This document shows positions 9,054-19,353 of a stretch of 64,000 bases of DNA, in pieces. The notes under the pieces were generated by a model. It ran no database searches. It was not told where the DNA came from and saw only the letters and a list, made by a program, of their open reading frames with translations. This DNA is from an uncultured Acidimicrobiaceae bacterium. Lineage in GTDB: Bacteria; Actinomycetota; Acidimicrobiia; Acidimicrobiales; CAIXPF01. The stretch lies in assembly GCA_963775055.1 (NCBI GenBank), contig CAVZHK010000005.1, positions 511,305-575,304 on the forward strand, read 5' to 3'. Made by a program: the position numbers and the translations under genes. Every line of letters begins with the position of its first letter. The first letter of the stretch is position 1.

Positions 9054-10319
9054 TCACCCCGGTTGCGGTGCGGGGCGGGCCAGGAGCTCCTCGCGCAGCT
9101 CGACCGCGTGCTCATCAAGACGGGGCGGCCGGCGGTAGACGTTGGCCGGGGTGCCGGTGAACTTGATGGGACAGGCCAACTGCGGGGTTGGTCCGTGGTC
9201 CGCGTGTTGCACCGACACCAGCATCTGACGGGCGGCAACATGTGGTTCGGTGGCCCAGTCCGCCGCCTCATGCACCGGTGCCACCGGCACGATACCACCC
9301 AGTAGGTCCACCACATCCCGAGTGGTATGTTTCGCGGTCCAGGCCCGCAGCTCGCCGTCGAGGTGGGCGCCGTTGGCCGCCCGGCGTCCGAGCGTGGCCA
9401 GGGTCGGATCTTCGGCCAGATCGACCCGGTTCATGACCCGGCACAGGTGCTGCCACTGCCCATCGGTGAGGGCCACGATCGAACAGTGACCGTCGGCGGT
9501 GGCGTACACCCCGGCGGGGGCCACGGCGTCGAAACGATTGCCCGTGCGCTCGAAGTGCTGGCCGCCGTAGACCCACATGGCGTGGGCCGACTCGCACAGC
9601 GACATGACTGAATCCACCATGGCGACGTCCACGAACTGGCCCTGCCCGCTGCGCTGGGCCGATAGCAGCGCAGACACCAGCCCCAACGCGATGTGCAACC
9701 CTGGCACCAGGTCCCCCACGATGGGCCCGGCCCGCATGGGGTGGTCGGCATCAGGCCCGTTGTTGGCGATGAATCCGCCCATGGCCTGCGCGATGGGATC
9801 GAACGCCGGCCAGTCCACATACGGGCTGGCGCCAGTACGGGGATCGCCGAAACCCCGCAGCGCGGCGTACACCAACGTGGGGTTGCGGGCCTGGCAAACC
9901 TCCCAGCCCACGCCCAGGCGGTCCAACACACCGGCCCGCATGTTCTCGATCAGCCCGTCAGCGGTCTCGATCAGCCTGAGGAAGGTCTCACGGTCGGCGT
10001 CGTTGTTCAGATCGAGGGCGATGCTTCGTTTGTTGCGGTTTCGGAAGGCGAAGCGGGCGCCGTAGGAACGCTCGACATCGTCGGGATGGAACGGCCCGAA
10101 AAATCGGATCAACTCCCCGGTGGGCGGCTCGACCTTGATGACGTCAGCACCCAGATCGGCCAGCATCAACGCCGCGTAGGGCCCTGCCGCGGCGTGGGTC
10201 ACGTCAATGATTCGGAACCCCTGCAACGGCCCCGTCGGTCGGTCCTGCATGGGCGCGGCCCACGTCGGCGGCTGCAGATGGGCGGGAAGGTCACTCATGC
10301 GCCGCCCAGCGTGGCACAT
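9054..10319 (-). CDS. CoA-transferase family III (CaiB/BaiF-type)
   Basis: GFRIIDVTHAAAGPYAALMLADLGADVIKVEPPTGE is the family signature. The true start may be an internal Met (10298 or 10250). Confidence 0.85.
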   Translation of the reverse strand: MCHAGRRMSDLPAHLQPPTWAAPMQDRPTGPLQGFRIIDVTHAAAGPYAALMLADLGADVIKVEPPTGELIRFFGPFHPDDVERSYGARFAFRNRNKRSIALDLNNDADRETFLRLIETADGLIENMRAGVLDRLGVGWEVCQARNPTLVYAALRGFGDPRTGASPYVDWPAFDPIAQAMGGFIANNGPDADHPMRAGPIVGDLVPGLHIALGLVSALLSAQRSGQGQFVDVAMVDSVMSLCESAHAMWVYGGQHFERTGNRFDAVAPAGVYATADGHCSIVALTDGQWQHLCRVMNRVDLAEDPTLATLGRRAANGAHLDGELRAWTAKHTTRDVVDLLGGIVPVAPVHEAADWATEPHVAARQMLVSVQHADHGPTPQLACPIKFTGTPANVYRRPPRLDEHAVELREELLARPAPQPG

Positions 10320-10368
10320 CGGACGTCGGGTCGTGATGGGAAGCAGGCCGAGGCGGCGCCCACGCTCC

Positions 10369-10407
10369 GCTCATCCCCCGCACATCCCCCGCTCATCCCC
10401 CGCTCAT
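10369..10407. repeat. 11-bp tandem repeat, about 3.5 copies (GCTCATCCCCC)
   Basis: Read directly: 10369-10379 gctcatccccc, 10380-10390 gcacatccccc, 10391-10401 gctcatccccc, then partial gctcat. It lies in the divergent intergenic region between the CoA-transferase and the membrane-protein gene. Confidence 0.9.
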
Positions 10408-10424
10408 GGTCACTCAAGGTCGGG

Positions 10425-11951
10425 ATGGAACGCTCCGATGTACCGTCGATGGCGACACCAGCGCGGACGCTCGAATCCGAGGAGTCGCCGGAGACACCGC
10501 CGCCCGCGAAGGTGATGGCGGACAGCGTGCCCGCAACCACACGGACGGCGGCATCGGCATCGGCGCGGAAGCGGATCATGGTGCTCGGGATGCTGGGGCT
10601 GTTCACTGTCATCCACAGTTGCTTCGTGTGGCCCGGCCGCATGAGTGATGACACGTTCGTGCAAATGGAAGCGGTGCGAAGCGGTCAATACACGGACTGG
10701 CACGCCCCGCTGTTGGTGATGGTGTGGCGGCCGTTCTGGCGGCTGGGGGTAGGCCCGGGTTGGGTCACGGCGGCCAGCACGTTCACGTTTCTGCTGGGCT
10801 TGTACGGGGTGCTGCACTCCGTGCTGGGTCGGCGTACGGCCCTCAAGGCGACGCTGGGGACGGTGCTGTTTCCCCCCGTGCTGGGCTACGTGGGCTACCT
10901 CGGACGGGACCTGTGGTACGTCGCCTTCTTCCTGCTGACCCTGGCCTGCATGGCGCGCCTGGCCGCGACCACCCAGCTCAGATGGCGGCGGCTCCTGCTG
11001 GGCGCCACGCTGGCCAGCCTGTGGCTGATGGGCGCGGCCCGACAGAATGCCCTTCCCGTTGCCGGCGTGATACTGCTGGGGTTGGTAGCCTCGTGCGGAC
11101 CGTGGCCGGCGCTGGGACGCTTCGACCGCGCCACGGGCTCGTCAGGCACCAGCCTGAGTGGACGCATCGTACGGGTGGCGATCGCCGCTGCGGCCCTGGT
11201 CGGCTTGGTCGGCACCCAGCTTTCGGTCCGTCAGGCCTTTGACGTGAAGGCCGCGCATCCCGAACAAGCGCTCTATCTGTATGACGTGGCCGGGGTGTCG
11301 GTGCGGGTGCAGGAGAACCTGTTCAGCCCGGCGGTGTTGCCCTCCCAGGATCTCTCCAGCGTTGAGCGCAACTGGAATGACAAATGGGTGAACTCGCTGC
11401 TCTTTTCTGACGAACCGACGTTCCCGTTTCCCTTGCCGGATGACGCCACCGCGGCGTTGCGCGAGGACTGGTTGCGCACTGTTCGCAATCATCCGATCGA
11501 GTACCTGAAGGTCCGTTGGGTGCTGTGGGAACGACAGATCGGTCTGCACACCCCGGCATGGTGGGTCTACCAACCGGGCATCTCTCCCAACCTCTGGGGT
11601 TACCAAACCGCCAATCCCACGCTTGACGCCCCGTTGCAGCACTACCTGCAGGCGGGCGTCGTGGATGACGTCAATGGTGGTGGCACGCTCTACAAACCGT
11701 GGTTCTATCTGCTGATCACGGTGGCCGGGCTGTTCCATCTGCGCCACAAGAGGACCGGACGGCAGCTGCTGGGCTGGGGTTGCCTGGCCTCCCTGGCGTA
11801 TCAGGGGACGGTCTTCTTCGGCGCCATGGGTGCGGACTACCGGATGGTCTACCCGTCCGTGGTGCTGGCCATGGTCCTCATCATGGTGGCGATGGTCGAC
11901 CTGCATGGGCGGTGGCGGGCCCGGGGCGGTCTGACGGGTACAGCCCGATGA
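10425..11951 (+). CDS. Polytopic membrane protein, putative GT-C-type glycosyltransferase (paralog of 36030-37604)
   Basis: Only the part of track ORF 9693-11951 from Met 245 (ATG 10425) does not overlap the CoA-transferase. It has many hydrophobic segments, and the first loop is VWPGRMSDDTFVQMEAVRSGQYTDWH. Roughly 60 % identical by eye over the N-terminal 110 aa to the 36030-37604 product. Confidence 0.7.
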   Translation: MERSDVPSMATPARTLESEESPETPPPAKVMADSVPATTRTAASASARKRIMVLGMLGLFTVIHSCFVWPGRMSDDTFVQMEAVRSGQYTDWHAPLLVMVWRPFWRLGVGPGWVTAASTFTFLLGLYGVLHSVLGRRTALKATLGTVLFPPVLGYVGYLGRDLWYVAFFLLTLACMARLAATTQLRWRRLLLGATLASLWLMGAARQNALPVAGVILLGLVASCGPWPALGRFDRATGSSGTSLSGRIVRVAIAAAALVGLVGTQLSVRQAFDVKAAHPEQALYLYDVAGVSVRVQENLFSPAVLPSQDLSSVERNWNDKWVNSLLFSDEPTFPFPLPDDATAALREDWLRTVRNHPIEYLKVRWVLWERQIGLHTPAWWVYQPGISPNLWGYQTANPTLDAPLQHYLQAGVVDDVNGGGTLYKPWFYLLITVAGLFHLRHKRTGRQLLGWGCLASLAYQGTVFFGAMGADYRMVYPSVVLAMVLIMVAMVDLHGRWRARGGLTGTAR

Positions 11952-13368
11952 TGGTTGCCATGCACAGCACCATGGCGATGAAGGACACGAACCACACCCG
12001 GTCATAGGCGGCAACAGCATCGGGCCGGTCAGGATCCCCGATGATGGAGAGCGCCCCGGCAATGCCCACCGCCCCCGCCACATTCCGCACGGTATTGAAC
12101 GCGGCACTGGCCTCGCCGTACACCGCGGCCGGCACCTGGCGCAGGATGCCGCTCTGCAGCGGGGGCATGGTCGACGCCCAGGAGGCACCGTACAAGGCGA
12201 TGGACGGCGCCGCCGACAGCCAGTAGTTGGGGGTGGCGTCGAGGAACAGCAGCGGCCAGCCCAGGGACAGCGGTGCTCCCAGCGAACCGATGACTGCCAC
12301 CCGGCGAGCCCCGAAGCGGTCCACCAGCCGCCCGCCCAGCGTGGTGAACGTGAAGGCGAAGATGGGCCCGATGGTCAGCGCCCCGCCGATGGCGGCCTTG
12401 TCGTAGCCCCAGATGCGGGCGAAGAACAGCGGCCAGATCAACCAGGTGGAGGTGCCCACCAACCCCATCCACCAGTTGGCCAGGTTGGCTGACCACACCG
12501 CCCGGATCTTGAACAACTGCAGATTCAACAGCGGTTGGGGGTGGGTCTGGCAACGTCGGATGAACGTGGGCAGCAACACCACCACGCCGATGGCCGCGGC
12601 CACGATGGGAGCGCTGGAAAAGCCCAGGTTCACCGCGTTGGCCACCACGAACACCAACAGCGCGATGGCCACGGTGCCGCAGGCCGCGCCCAACAGGTCC
12701 AGCCGGCCGGTGCTGGCCGGGGCCCGGGTCTCCTTCAGCACCGCCATGCCGGCCACCAACGCCAACAACGCCGCCGGGGCCCCGATGGCGTAGAGCCAAC
12801 GCCAGCTGCTGACGTCGATGACCAGCGCCGACAGTGACGGGGCCACGATGGAGGCGATCGGCGCGGCGGAAGACCAGGCACCCACCGCGGTCCCGTGACG
12901 GGCCTTGGGAAAGAGCGGCAGGATCATGGCCAGACCCGAGGGGATGACCATGGCCGAGGCCGCGGCGCCCAGGAATCGTCCGAATATCAGCAAGTACACG
13001 TTGGGGGCCAAGGCCGACACCAACGCGGAGACGGCAAACAGTCCGAGCCCCAGGTTGAACACCCGCCGCCGGCCGATGCGATCCGCCACGCGGCCCGACA
13101 CCAGCAGCAGCGACGCCGAACCGATCAGAAAGATGGTGGCGATCCAGCTGAGCGTGGACGCGTTCTCATCAGGAAAGGCGAGCCCGATGTCCTCGAAAGC
13201 GATGTTGGTGGCCGTCAGGTTGAAGGCGAACAACACCTGCCCCGCGGCGCTGATGGCCAACGCCACCCAGGCCTTGGCCGGTACCCGTTCAACCGCCCGT
13301 GACGCGGACCGGTTGCGGCCTCCAACCCCGGTCGGTTCGGGTGTGGTGGCCTGGTCTGCTGGGCTCAT
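11881..13368 (-). CDS. MFS transporter (DHA2/EmrB-like)
   Basis: Hydrophobic throughout. MFS loop motif GRVADRIGRRRVF, then LGLGLFAVSALVSALAP..FGRFLGAAASAMVIPSGLAMI. Confidence 0.8.
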   Translation of the reverse strand: MSPADQATTPEPTGVGGRNRSASRAVERVPAKAWVALAISAAGQVLFAFNLTATNIAFEDIGLAFPDENASTLSWIATIFLIGSASLLLVSGRVADRIGRRRVFNLGLGLFAVSALVSALAPNVYLLIFGRFLGAAASAMVIPSGLAMILPLFPKARHGTAVGAWSSAAPIASIVAPSLSALVIDVSSWRWLYAIGAPAALLALVAGMAVLKETRAPASTGRLDLLGAACGTVAIALLVFVVANAVNLGFSSAPIVAAAIGVVVLLPTFIRRCQTHPQPLLNLQLFKIRAVWSANLANWWMGLVGTSTWLIWPLFFARIWGYDKAAIGGALTIGPIFAFTFTTLGGRLVDRFGARRVAVIGSLGAPLSLGWPLLFLDATPNYWLSAAPSIALYGASWASTMPPLQSGILRQVPAAVYGEASAAFNTVRNVAGAVGIAGALSIIGDPDRPDAVAAYDRVWFVSFIAMVLCMATIIGLYPSDRPGPATAHAGRPSPP

Positions 13369-13392
13369 CGCTGCAGTCTGCCGCTTGGACCG

Positions 13393-14178
13393 CTACGGCG
13401 GGGGTGTCACGCCGCGGGGCAAGAACAACGCGTCCCCGTAACGCCGGGCGAATACCTCGGCCAGCGGCGCGGGATCCTCGGCCGGGCCGATGCCCCGCCT
13501 TGAGATCCGGTGGCCGTCATAACCCAGCGCTGCGAGATGGTCGATCACCTCGAGGGCGCTGGTGCCGAACTCCCGCAGTCCCGGTTCGTGGATCTCGACG
13601 AACAGAGCCGGCCGATGGGTTGCCAGCGTGTCCGACGCCCCGCGCAGCACCCGAAACTCCGCGCCCTGCACGTCGATCTTGATCAGGCTGACCCGCCGGG
13701 CCGGGCGTTGGGCCACCAAGGCGTCAATAGTGTGGGCCGGCACCGGTACGCCACCGTCAAGGCCGATGCGGTGATCGCCCGGATGGTGACGGTTGATGAA
13801 CAACTGCTCGACGCCCTCGTGATCCGTCGCCACCCCCTGGACGATCTCCACCGCGTCCTGACCGTGGCGGCGAACCCGACGGGCCAGCCTGGAAGCGTTC
13901 AGCGGCTCCGGCTCAATGGCCAACACCCGTCCGCCAGGGCGCACCCAACGAGCGAACCGCACCGTGAAGAAGCCAACGTTGGCGCCAACATCAACCACCA
14001 GCGATCCGGGCGTGACCACGGTGCGGAGCTGCCCGATGGACCCCGCCTCCCACAACAGCTTGTAACCGCCGTAACCCACCTCGAACAGCGAACGGGCCGG
14101 GCCACGGTCAAGCCAGCCCCGCTCGGCCAGGCTTCCGTAGGCCCCAATCAAACGATCCTGCAGGGAATGGTTCTTCAT
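13393..14178 (-). CDS. FkbM-family methyltransferase
   Basis: VVDVGANVGFFTVRFARWV and IKIDVQGAEFRVLRGA are FkbM signatures. ATGA overlap with the upstream gene. Confidence 0.85.
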   Translation of the reverse strand: MKNHSLQDRLIGAYGSLAERGWLDRGPARSLFEVGYGGYKLLWEAGSIGQLRTVVTPGSLVVDVGANVGFFTVRFARWVRPGGRVLAIEPEPLNASRLARRVRRHGQDAVEIVQGVATDHEGVEQLFINRHHPGDHRIGLDGGVPVPAHTIDALVAQRPARRVSLIKIDVQGAEFRVLRGASDTLATHRPALFVEIHEPGLREFGTSALEVIDHLAALGYDGHRISRRGIGPAEDPAPLAEVFARRYGDALFLPRGVTPPP

Positions 14179-14912
14179 CGGCGCTCCACCACGACAACTG
14201 CTCGGAGTGCGCCACCACGAACCCAGAGGGGCCGGGACACATCTTCAACACGGGCAATGGTCCGATACAACCGCCGGGGCAACAGGCACGGGCGTTGGAA
14301 GCCAAAGCTGAGCAGATAGGCGAAGAGGCTGAACGGTTGAATCTCCACCAGTCGCAACTCGGGCACCAGGCGATTGGCGTCGTCCCAACACCGGGTGAAC
14401 AGCACTGACGGGATGGCCTGATTGGCTTCGAAGGGATCCTTGCCCGGTTCCCGCGTCGAGCCCGGCTGCCAGGAAGGATCGAAGTCCTCCTCGTGAAAAT
14501 GTCGATAGATCAACGCCGAGAGCGGCGTGTGCCACGGTTCCACCATCACCAGTCGACCGCCGGGCCGCAGCACCCGAGCTGCCTCCGCCAGCAGCGCCAT
14601 CGGGTCAGCAAGGTGGTGCAGCACGTCGGTACACACCAGATTGTCCACGCTGTGGTGGCGCAGCGGCAGGCGCTGGGCGTCCGCCACCAGGTCAAGCCAA
14701 TTGGTCGACATGATGTCGAGGGAGATCGTCCCGGGCCGGTATTCCTTGAAGAACCCCGGGCCGCCACCGATCTCCACCACCCGGCCCGGCACGCAGCGGC
14801 TGATGATCCGATCGAAAAACTCGCGTTGGTACAGATCTGCGAGCACCGGTTTGGCGGCCCACACCGCCCGGTGCTGGTCAAGCCGACTCGACACTTCGCA
14901 ATCCGCGCTCAT
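14175..14912 (-). CDS. Class I SAM-dependent methyltransferase
   Basis: From Met 168 of track ORF 14175-15413 (MSADCEV..). Motifs VVEIGGGPGFF and VLHHLADPMALLAEAARVLRPGGRLVMVEP. ATGA overlap with the stop of the 14909-16708 gene. Confidence 0.8.
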   Translation of the reverse strand: MSADCEVSSRLDQHRAVWAAKPVLADLYQREFFDRIISRCVPGRVVEIGGGPGFFKEYRPGTISLDIMSTNWLDLVADAQRLPLRHHSVDNLVCTDVLHHLADPMALLAEAARVLRPGGRLVMVEPWHTPLSALIYRHFHEEDFDPSWQPGSTREPGKDPFEANQAIPSVLFTRCWDDANRLVPELRLVEIQPFSLFAYLLSFGFQRPCLLPRRLYRTIARVEDVSRPLWVRGGALRAVVVVERR

Positions 14913-16708
14913 TGTTGAGGGGCCGCAACGATGACGCCGGGGCTCTTGATCCACAGCGCGGTTCCCATCCTGGTGCCTTCCAGCGCTTCGTAATAGAGCT
15001 TGGGATGGCCGAAGGAATCGATGTTGCTGAGCAGGGCCACAGTGATCAGGAGGGCACGCCCGACCATCGGCACGGATCGACGGGCTACGGCGCCTAGCCC
15101 GGCCCTGGATGGTTCGAGCTTGGCCCGCCGACCCATCTCCAGCATCTGGTGAAGGGTGTGCGCTGCCAACAGGTAGACCGCGGGGTATGCGGCGTAGGTG
15201 AAGCGGGGCATCCAGCCGATCAGTTGATCGCCGATGCGCAAGAAGGCCACGGTGGCGAACGTGGACAGGATGAGGCCGCCCACCAGCACCCGTTGGGACC
15301 GGTCCCGCAGCCACCACAGGCCGGCGAGCGCCAAGGGCACCGGTACATAGAAGAACATGCGCCACGTCATCACGGCGTAGGAGGAGACCGCCTCGGCCAC
15401 CGCCGCCGGCCACTCGCTGGGCGTCCTCACCACCGCCATCACCCTCTTGGCGGCCTCCACTGACTGCACCGCGTTGGTGTCCACAACACCCAGACCCAAG
15501 AGGTTGTTGTGGACAACCAGAAACCCCCGGTACAGGGCATAGGCGCCAACCAAGCTGGCCAGCAAGGGACGCCAGGGCACCTTGCGGGTGATGCCGTAGG
15601 CGGCCAACACCGGAAAGATCACCGTGAGGTCATAGGTGAGCGCGCACAACGACAAGCTGCCGGCGTAGAGGGCATAGTCCCACTGGCCCGGCTGACGGTC
15701 GATCAGGATCTTCTCCAGCAGGTACCAGGCGAACAGCGGCGCGGCGTAGCCCATCAGATACATGCCAGGAGTGCCGACGAACGCCGCGAAGCCACAACCG
15801 GTCGCCACCAGCGCCGCGAAGATGATCGCCACCCGCTCGCCGGACAATCGACGCACGAAGCCATACCCCGCCGCCGTGGCCCCCACCCAACACAGCACGT
15901 TGAGCAACATCCAGGCGTAGTACGAATTGATGAAATAGCTGAGCTGCGAGACGAAGTAGAAACCCGCCGGCCGGCGGATGAGCATGTTGTTCGGGTCCAC
16001 CGCAACGCCATGGAAATACTGTTCGATGGCGGAGAACACCGACTGATCGGCGATGGCCACGCCAGTGCCGTCACGAAAGTGAGCAACCGCGTACCACAGG
16101 TCCGGACGAACCGGTCCCTGATAATGCGTCATGTACACGTACGGCCCCCGGACCCCGCTGTGCAGGAAGCTCTGCACCAGGACGGCGAGCACCGCGACAC
16201 CGCCAAGCGCTAAGGCCCGACCGCTGCGCTGCTGCAGGGCCCGGCGACGGCAGAGCACCACCGTGGCGCCCACCGTGGCCAGCCCTGCCAGGCTGAACAG
16301 GGCAATGTCGTGGGGGAACGTGCTCCAACGGTCCGGCAGGAATGCCGTCTCCGGGAACGGCACGTCGGCTGGCGGATTGTAGTAAGGGATGGTGCGTCCC
16401 TCGTAATAGAAATGACGGTCCAGCCCAACCCACCGGTAAGGCACGGTGAGCGCGACCAACACCGCAGCCGCGACCGGGGTAGCCCATTGCGGTCGAACCG
16501 AGCGTCGCATCAGGCCATAGCAAACCGGCACCACAATGAGGCAGAGATAGACCGACAGCGCCCAGCCGCGCGCCGCGAAGCGCCGATTGGGCCCGCTCCA
16601 GTCAAAGCGCCCGGCCAACAGTGCACAGGTCAAGAAGACGCCAGCGACGCCCGAGAACAGGCCGAGAACGAGCCTTGGCGACACCAACGGAGGGCGCTCT
16701 GAGGTCAT
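14909..16708 (-). CDS. Large polytopic membrane protein (polymerase- or GT-C-like), function unknown
   Basis: From Met 107 (MTSERPP..) of track ORF 14909-17026, the first start downstream of the preceding gene's stop at 16732. About 600 aa with more than 10 hydrophobic segments and no soluble-domain motif recognised. Confidence 0.65.
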   Translation of the reverse strand: MTSERPPLVSPRLVLGLFSGVAGVFLTCALLAGRFDWSGPNRRFAARGWALSVYLCLIVVPVCYGLMRRSVRPQWATPVAAAVLVALTVPYRWVGLDRHFYYEGRTIPYYNPPADVPFPETAFLPDRWSTFPHDIALFSLAGLATVGATVVLCRRRALQQRSGRALALGGVAVLAVLVQSFLHSGVRGPYVYMTHYQGPVRPDLWYAVAHFRDGTGVAIADQSVFSAIEQYFHGVAVDPNNMLIRRPAGFYFVSQLSYFINSYYAWMLLNVLCWVGATAAGYGFVRRLSGERVAIIFAALVATGCGFAAFVGTPGMYLMGYAAPLFAWYLLEKILIDRQPGQWDYALYAGSLSLCALTYDLTVIFPVLAAYGITRKVPWRPLLASLVGAYALYRGFLVVHNNLLGLGVVDTNAVQSVEAAKRVMAVVRTPSEWPAAVAEAVSSYAVMTWRMFFYVPVPLALAGLWWLRDRSQRVLVGGLILSTFATVAFLRIGDQLIGWMPRFTYAAYPAVYLLAAHTLHQMLEMGRRAKLEPSRAGLGAVARRSVPMVGRALLITVALLSNIDSFGHPKLYYEALEGTRMGTALWIKSPGVIVAAPQQ

Positions 16709-16731
16709 GGCCGCAACCGTCACCTGAACTC

Positions 16732-18177
16732 CTATTCGAAGGCTTGGGCACCCGGCGCCGGCGGCACCCGATGCTCCCACGGCAACGTCCGCGGCGACCG
16801 CAGCGATCGCCAACCCGACAGACACGCCTTCATGAACAACAGGCCGTCCTTCTGCACGTTCATCTTGGAATCGCCGGCCTTGCGATCGCCGTAGTGCACG
16901 GGGATCTCGAGGATCCGCAACCGCTGACGGGCCGCGCCGAACAGCAGATCGAAGTCGCCCCAGCGTTCCTTGCCGACCAGCGGCATCCGTTCGTAGTCCG
17001 TCCGGAACAACGCCTTGGTGCCGCACAGGGTGTCACTGACCCGCTGGCGCAGCGCCCAACTGGTCAGGAAGCAGAACGCCTTGTTCCCCAGGAAATTGGC
17101 CAGGGGCATGGCTTGTCCGGCCATGGGGTAGATCAGCCTGGTGCCATTCACGAAATCGGCCGTGCCCTCCTGCAGCGGACGGAGGAACTTCGGCAGGTCC
17201 TCCGGGGCCACGGTCATGTCCGCGTCGAGGATCATCAGCACGTCCCCGGTGGCGGCGGCGAATCCGGCCCGCACGGCGTTGGCCTTACCGTGGTTGGTGT
17301 CATAACCCACCAGCCGCACCCTGGGGTCAGTGGCCATTGTTGTTTGGACAACCTGGCGGGTGGCGTCACGGGAACCGTCGTCGACCACCACGATCTCGGT
17401 CCGTTCGCCGAAGTTCGGGGTGCGGGCGATGCACTCCGCGATGTTGCCGGCCTCGTTGTGACACGGTATGACCACGCTGACCGACAACGGCTGACGAGCG
17501 CGCCGGGGTCTGGCGGCGAGGTACTGCACGCTGGAGCCGTAACGCAGCAGCGGGATGTCCGGCACGATGAGGTTGAGCAGGTTCCCCACCACCGGTAGCC
17601 GCCGCGGGACGGGCAGCAGAAACCCGGTCTCAACGCAGTCCCACCCCTGTAGCTCCAGCACGCTGAGGATGTCCCGGGATGTCAGGTAGTTCCTGGGCGA
17701 CTCGGGCACGCGCATGTGCAGTCGCGATCCAAGGCGCAACACCGGCGCCCACAGCGGGTTGGTCGACGTCAGCACCAGGAGGGAGTGGTCCCCAACGTGG
17801 GGAGCGAGGGACTCCAGCAGATCCCAGATGTCGTGCACATGGTCGAGCATGTTGACCATGACCACGTGGTCGGCCACGAAGCCGTCGGGAAGCTCGATGT
17901 TGTCAATGTCGAACGTGCGGAAATCCAGATCGGGGTACTTCCGTTTGGCCTCCTCGTTCAACTCCTTGCCCAGGTTCAGCCCGATGCCCTGTTCGGAGGG
18001 CAGCGCCGCCAGCAGATCACCGGTGCCGGCACCCACATCGAGCAACTTCCCGCCCGGTGCCACCACACCGGCCACGAACTCCGTCAGCCGGTCGTGGTAA
18101 TAGCGGTTCTTGCCCCGCCAATGATCCCAATCTGCAGCGATCGATTCGAAATGAGCGCGCCGATCGATTTCGGCCAT
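16732..18177 (-). CDS. Bifunctional protein: N-terminal class I SAM-methyltransferase, C-terminal GT2 glycosyltransferase
   Basis: N-terminal LLDVGAGTGDLLAAL..VVMVNMLDHVHD. C-terminal VSVVIPCHNEAGNI..VVVDDGSRDAT..MILDADMT (GT2 DxD region). Confidence 0.85.
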   Translation of the reverse strand: MAEIDRRAHFESIAADWDHWRGKNRYYHDRLTEFVAGVVAPGGKLLDVGAGTGDLLAALPSEQGIGLNLGKELNEEAKRKYPDLDFRTFDIDNIELPDGFVADHVVMVNMLDHVHDIWDLLESLAPHVGDHSLLVLTSTNPLWAPVLRLGSRLHMRVPESPRNYLTSRDILSVLELQGWDCVETGFLLPVPRRLPVVGNLLNLIVPDIPLLRYGSSVQYLAARPRRARQPLSVSVVIPCHNEAGNIAECIARTPNFGERTEIVVVDDGSRDATRQVVQTTMATDPRVRLVGYDTNHGKANAVRAGFAAATGDVLMILDADMTVAPEDLPKFLRPLQEGTADFVNGTRLIYPMAGQAMPLANFLGNKAFCFLTSWALRQRVSDTLCGTKALFRTDYERMPLVGKERWGDFDLLFGAARQRLRILEIPVHYGDRKAGDSKMNVQKDGLLFMKACLSGWRSLRSPRTLPWEHRVPPAPGAQAFE

Positions 18178-18204
18178 CAGAACTCCACCCCTTGCATCAG
18201 CTGA

Positions 18205-19251
18205 TCACGGCCGGGCGACTTCAGCCTTGACCATCTCGGTCAGAACATCTTCCAGGGAGTGCTGCATCGACCAACCCGGGAAGTCCCGTCGGAGCTTGCC
18301 GAGATCGCTGATGTAACACTTGTGGTCGCCTCGTCGGGCGGTATCGTCATAGCGCCAACGAAGCTTCCGGCCTGATATCTCTTGGATGGCATCGATGGCC
18401 TCCAACACCGAAATGCTGTTGTCACGACCGCCCCCGATATTGTAAACTTCACCCGCCTTGGGGTCCTTCACGAAACTATCGAAAGCCGCGATCACATCGG
18501 CACTGTGGATGTTGTCACGGACCTGCTTGCCAAGGTACCCGAAGACGGTGTAGGGATGACCGCGTACCGTGCACTTGACCAGGTAGGACAAGAAGCCGTG
18601 GAGCTCGACGGCGGAGTGGGACGGGCCGGTGAGGCATCCTCCACGAAAGACGCCGACCTTCATGTCGAAGTAACGGCCGTATTCCTGGGCCATGACATCA
18701 GCGGCCACCTTGGAGGCGCCGAACAGGGAATGCAGTGTTTGGTCGATCCGACAGGACTCATCGATGCCGGCGTGGTGTGCCGGCTCGGCGTAGTCATAGC
18801 GGGTCTCGAGCTCGTCCATGGGCAGCTCGTTGGGCGCATCGCCATAGACCTTGTTGGTGCTCATGAACACGAACACCGCCTCCGGGCAATGCCGCCGGGT
18901 GGCCTCCAACAAGTTGAGTGTGCCAACGGCATTGACATCGAAGTCATCAAACGGGATCCGCGCCGCCAGATCATGGGAGGGCTGGGCCGCGCAATGGATG
19001 ATCACCTCGAATCGCTCGGAGCTGAACAGCTCGTCGATGGCGTTGCGATCCCGGATGTCGATCTGCCGGTGCTCGAAGTCCACCGTGATGGCCTGCAGCC
19101 GCTGCAGGTTCCAGCTGGTGTCCCCCGACGGGCCGAAGAACTCCATCCGCTGGTTGTTATCAATTCCGATGACCCGTCGACCGATGCCGTCGTAATGCTC
19201 GACCGCCGCCGACCCGATCAGACCATTGCTTCCAGTGATGAGAACGGTCAC
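18205..19251 (-). CDS. NAD-dependent sugar epimerase (CDP-paratose 2-epimerase-like SDR)
   Basis: [33 protein letters not shown] (YxxxK-type). GTG start at 19251 is preceded by GGTGGAG 4 nt upstream. Confidence 0.8.
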   Translation of the reverse strand: MTVLITGSNGLIGSAAVEHYDGIGRRVIGIDNNQRMEFFGPSGDTSWNLQRLQAITVDFEHRQIDIRDRNAIDELFSSERFEVIIHCAAQPSHDLAARIPFDDFDVNAVGTLNLLEATRRHCPEAVFVFMSTNKVYGDAPNELPMDELETRYDYAEPAHHAGIDESCRIDQTLHSLFGASKVAADVMAQEYGRYFDMKVGVFRGGCLTGPSHSAVELHGFLSYLVKCTVRGHPYTVFGYLGKQVRDNIHSADVIAAFDSFVKDPKAGEVYNIGGGRDNSISVLEAIDAIQEISGRKLRWRYDDTARRGDHKCYISDLGKLRRDFPGWSMQHSLEDVLTEMVKAEVARP

Positions 19252-19353
19252 GTGTCTCCACCTTTGTCGGAATGGCGCGGGCCCACCTTGGTACCGGGGA
19301 GATCTCCTCCACGGCCCCCCGCCGACCAGCATGATCCATGTTGGGGAGCCCGC

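Noticed and set aside
11881-11951. 71-nt convergent overlap of the membrane-protein gene and the MFS gene (also 41410-41453 and 28189-28200)
   Set aside because: Both ORFs look coding up to their ends and 3' overlaps occur in compact high-GC genomes. Without expression data I cannot distinguish a real overlap from an over-extended C-terminus, so it is not reported as a finding.
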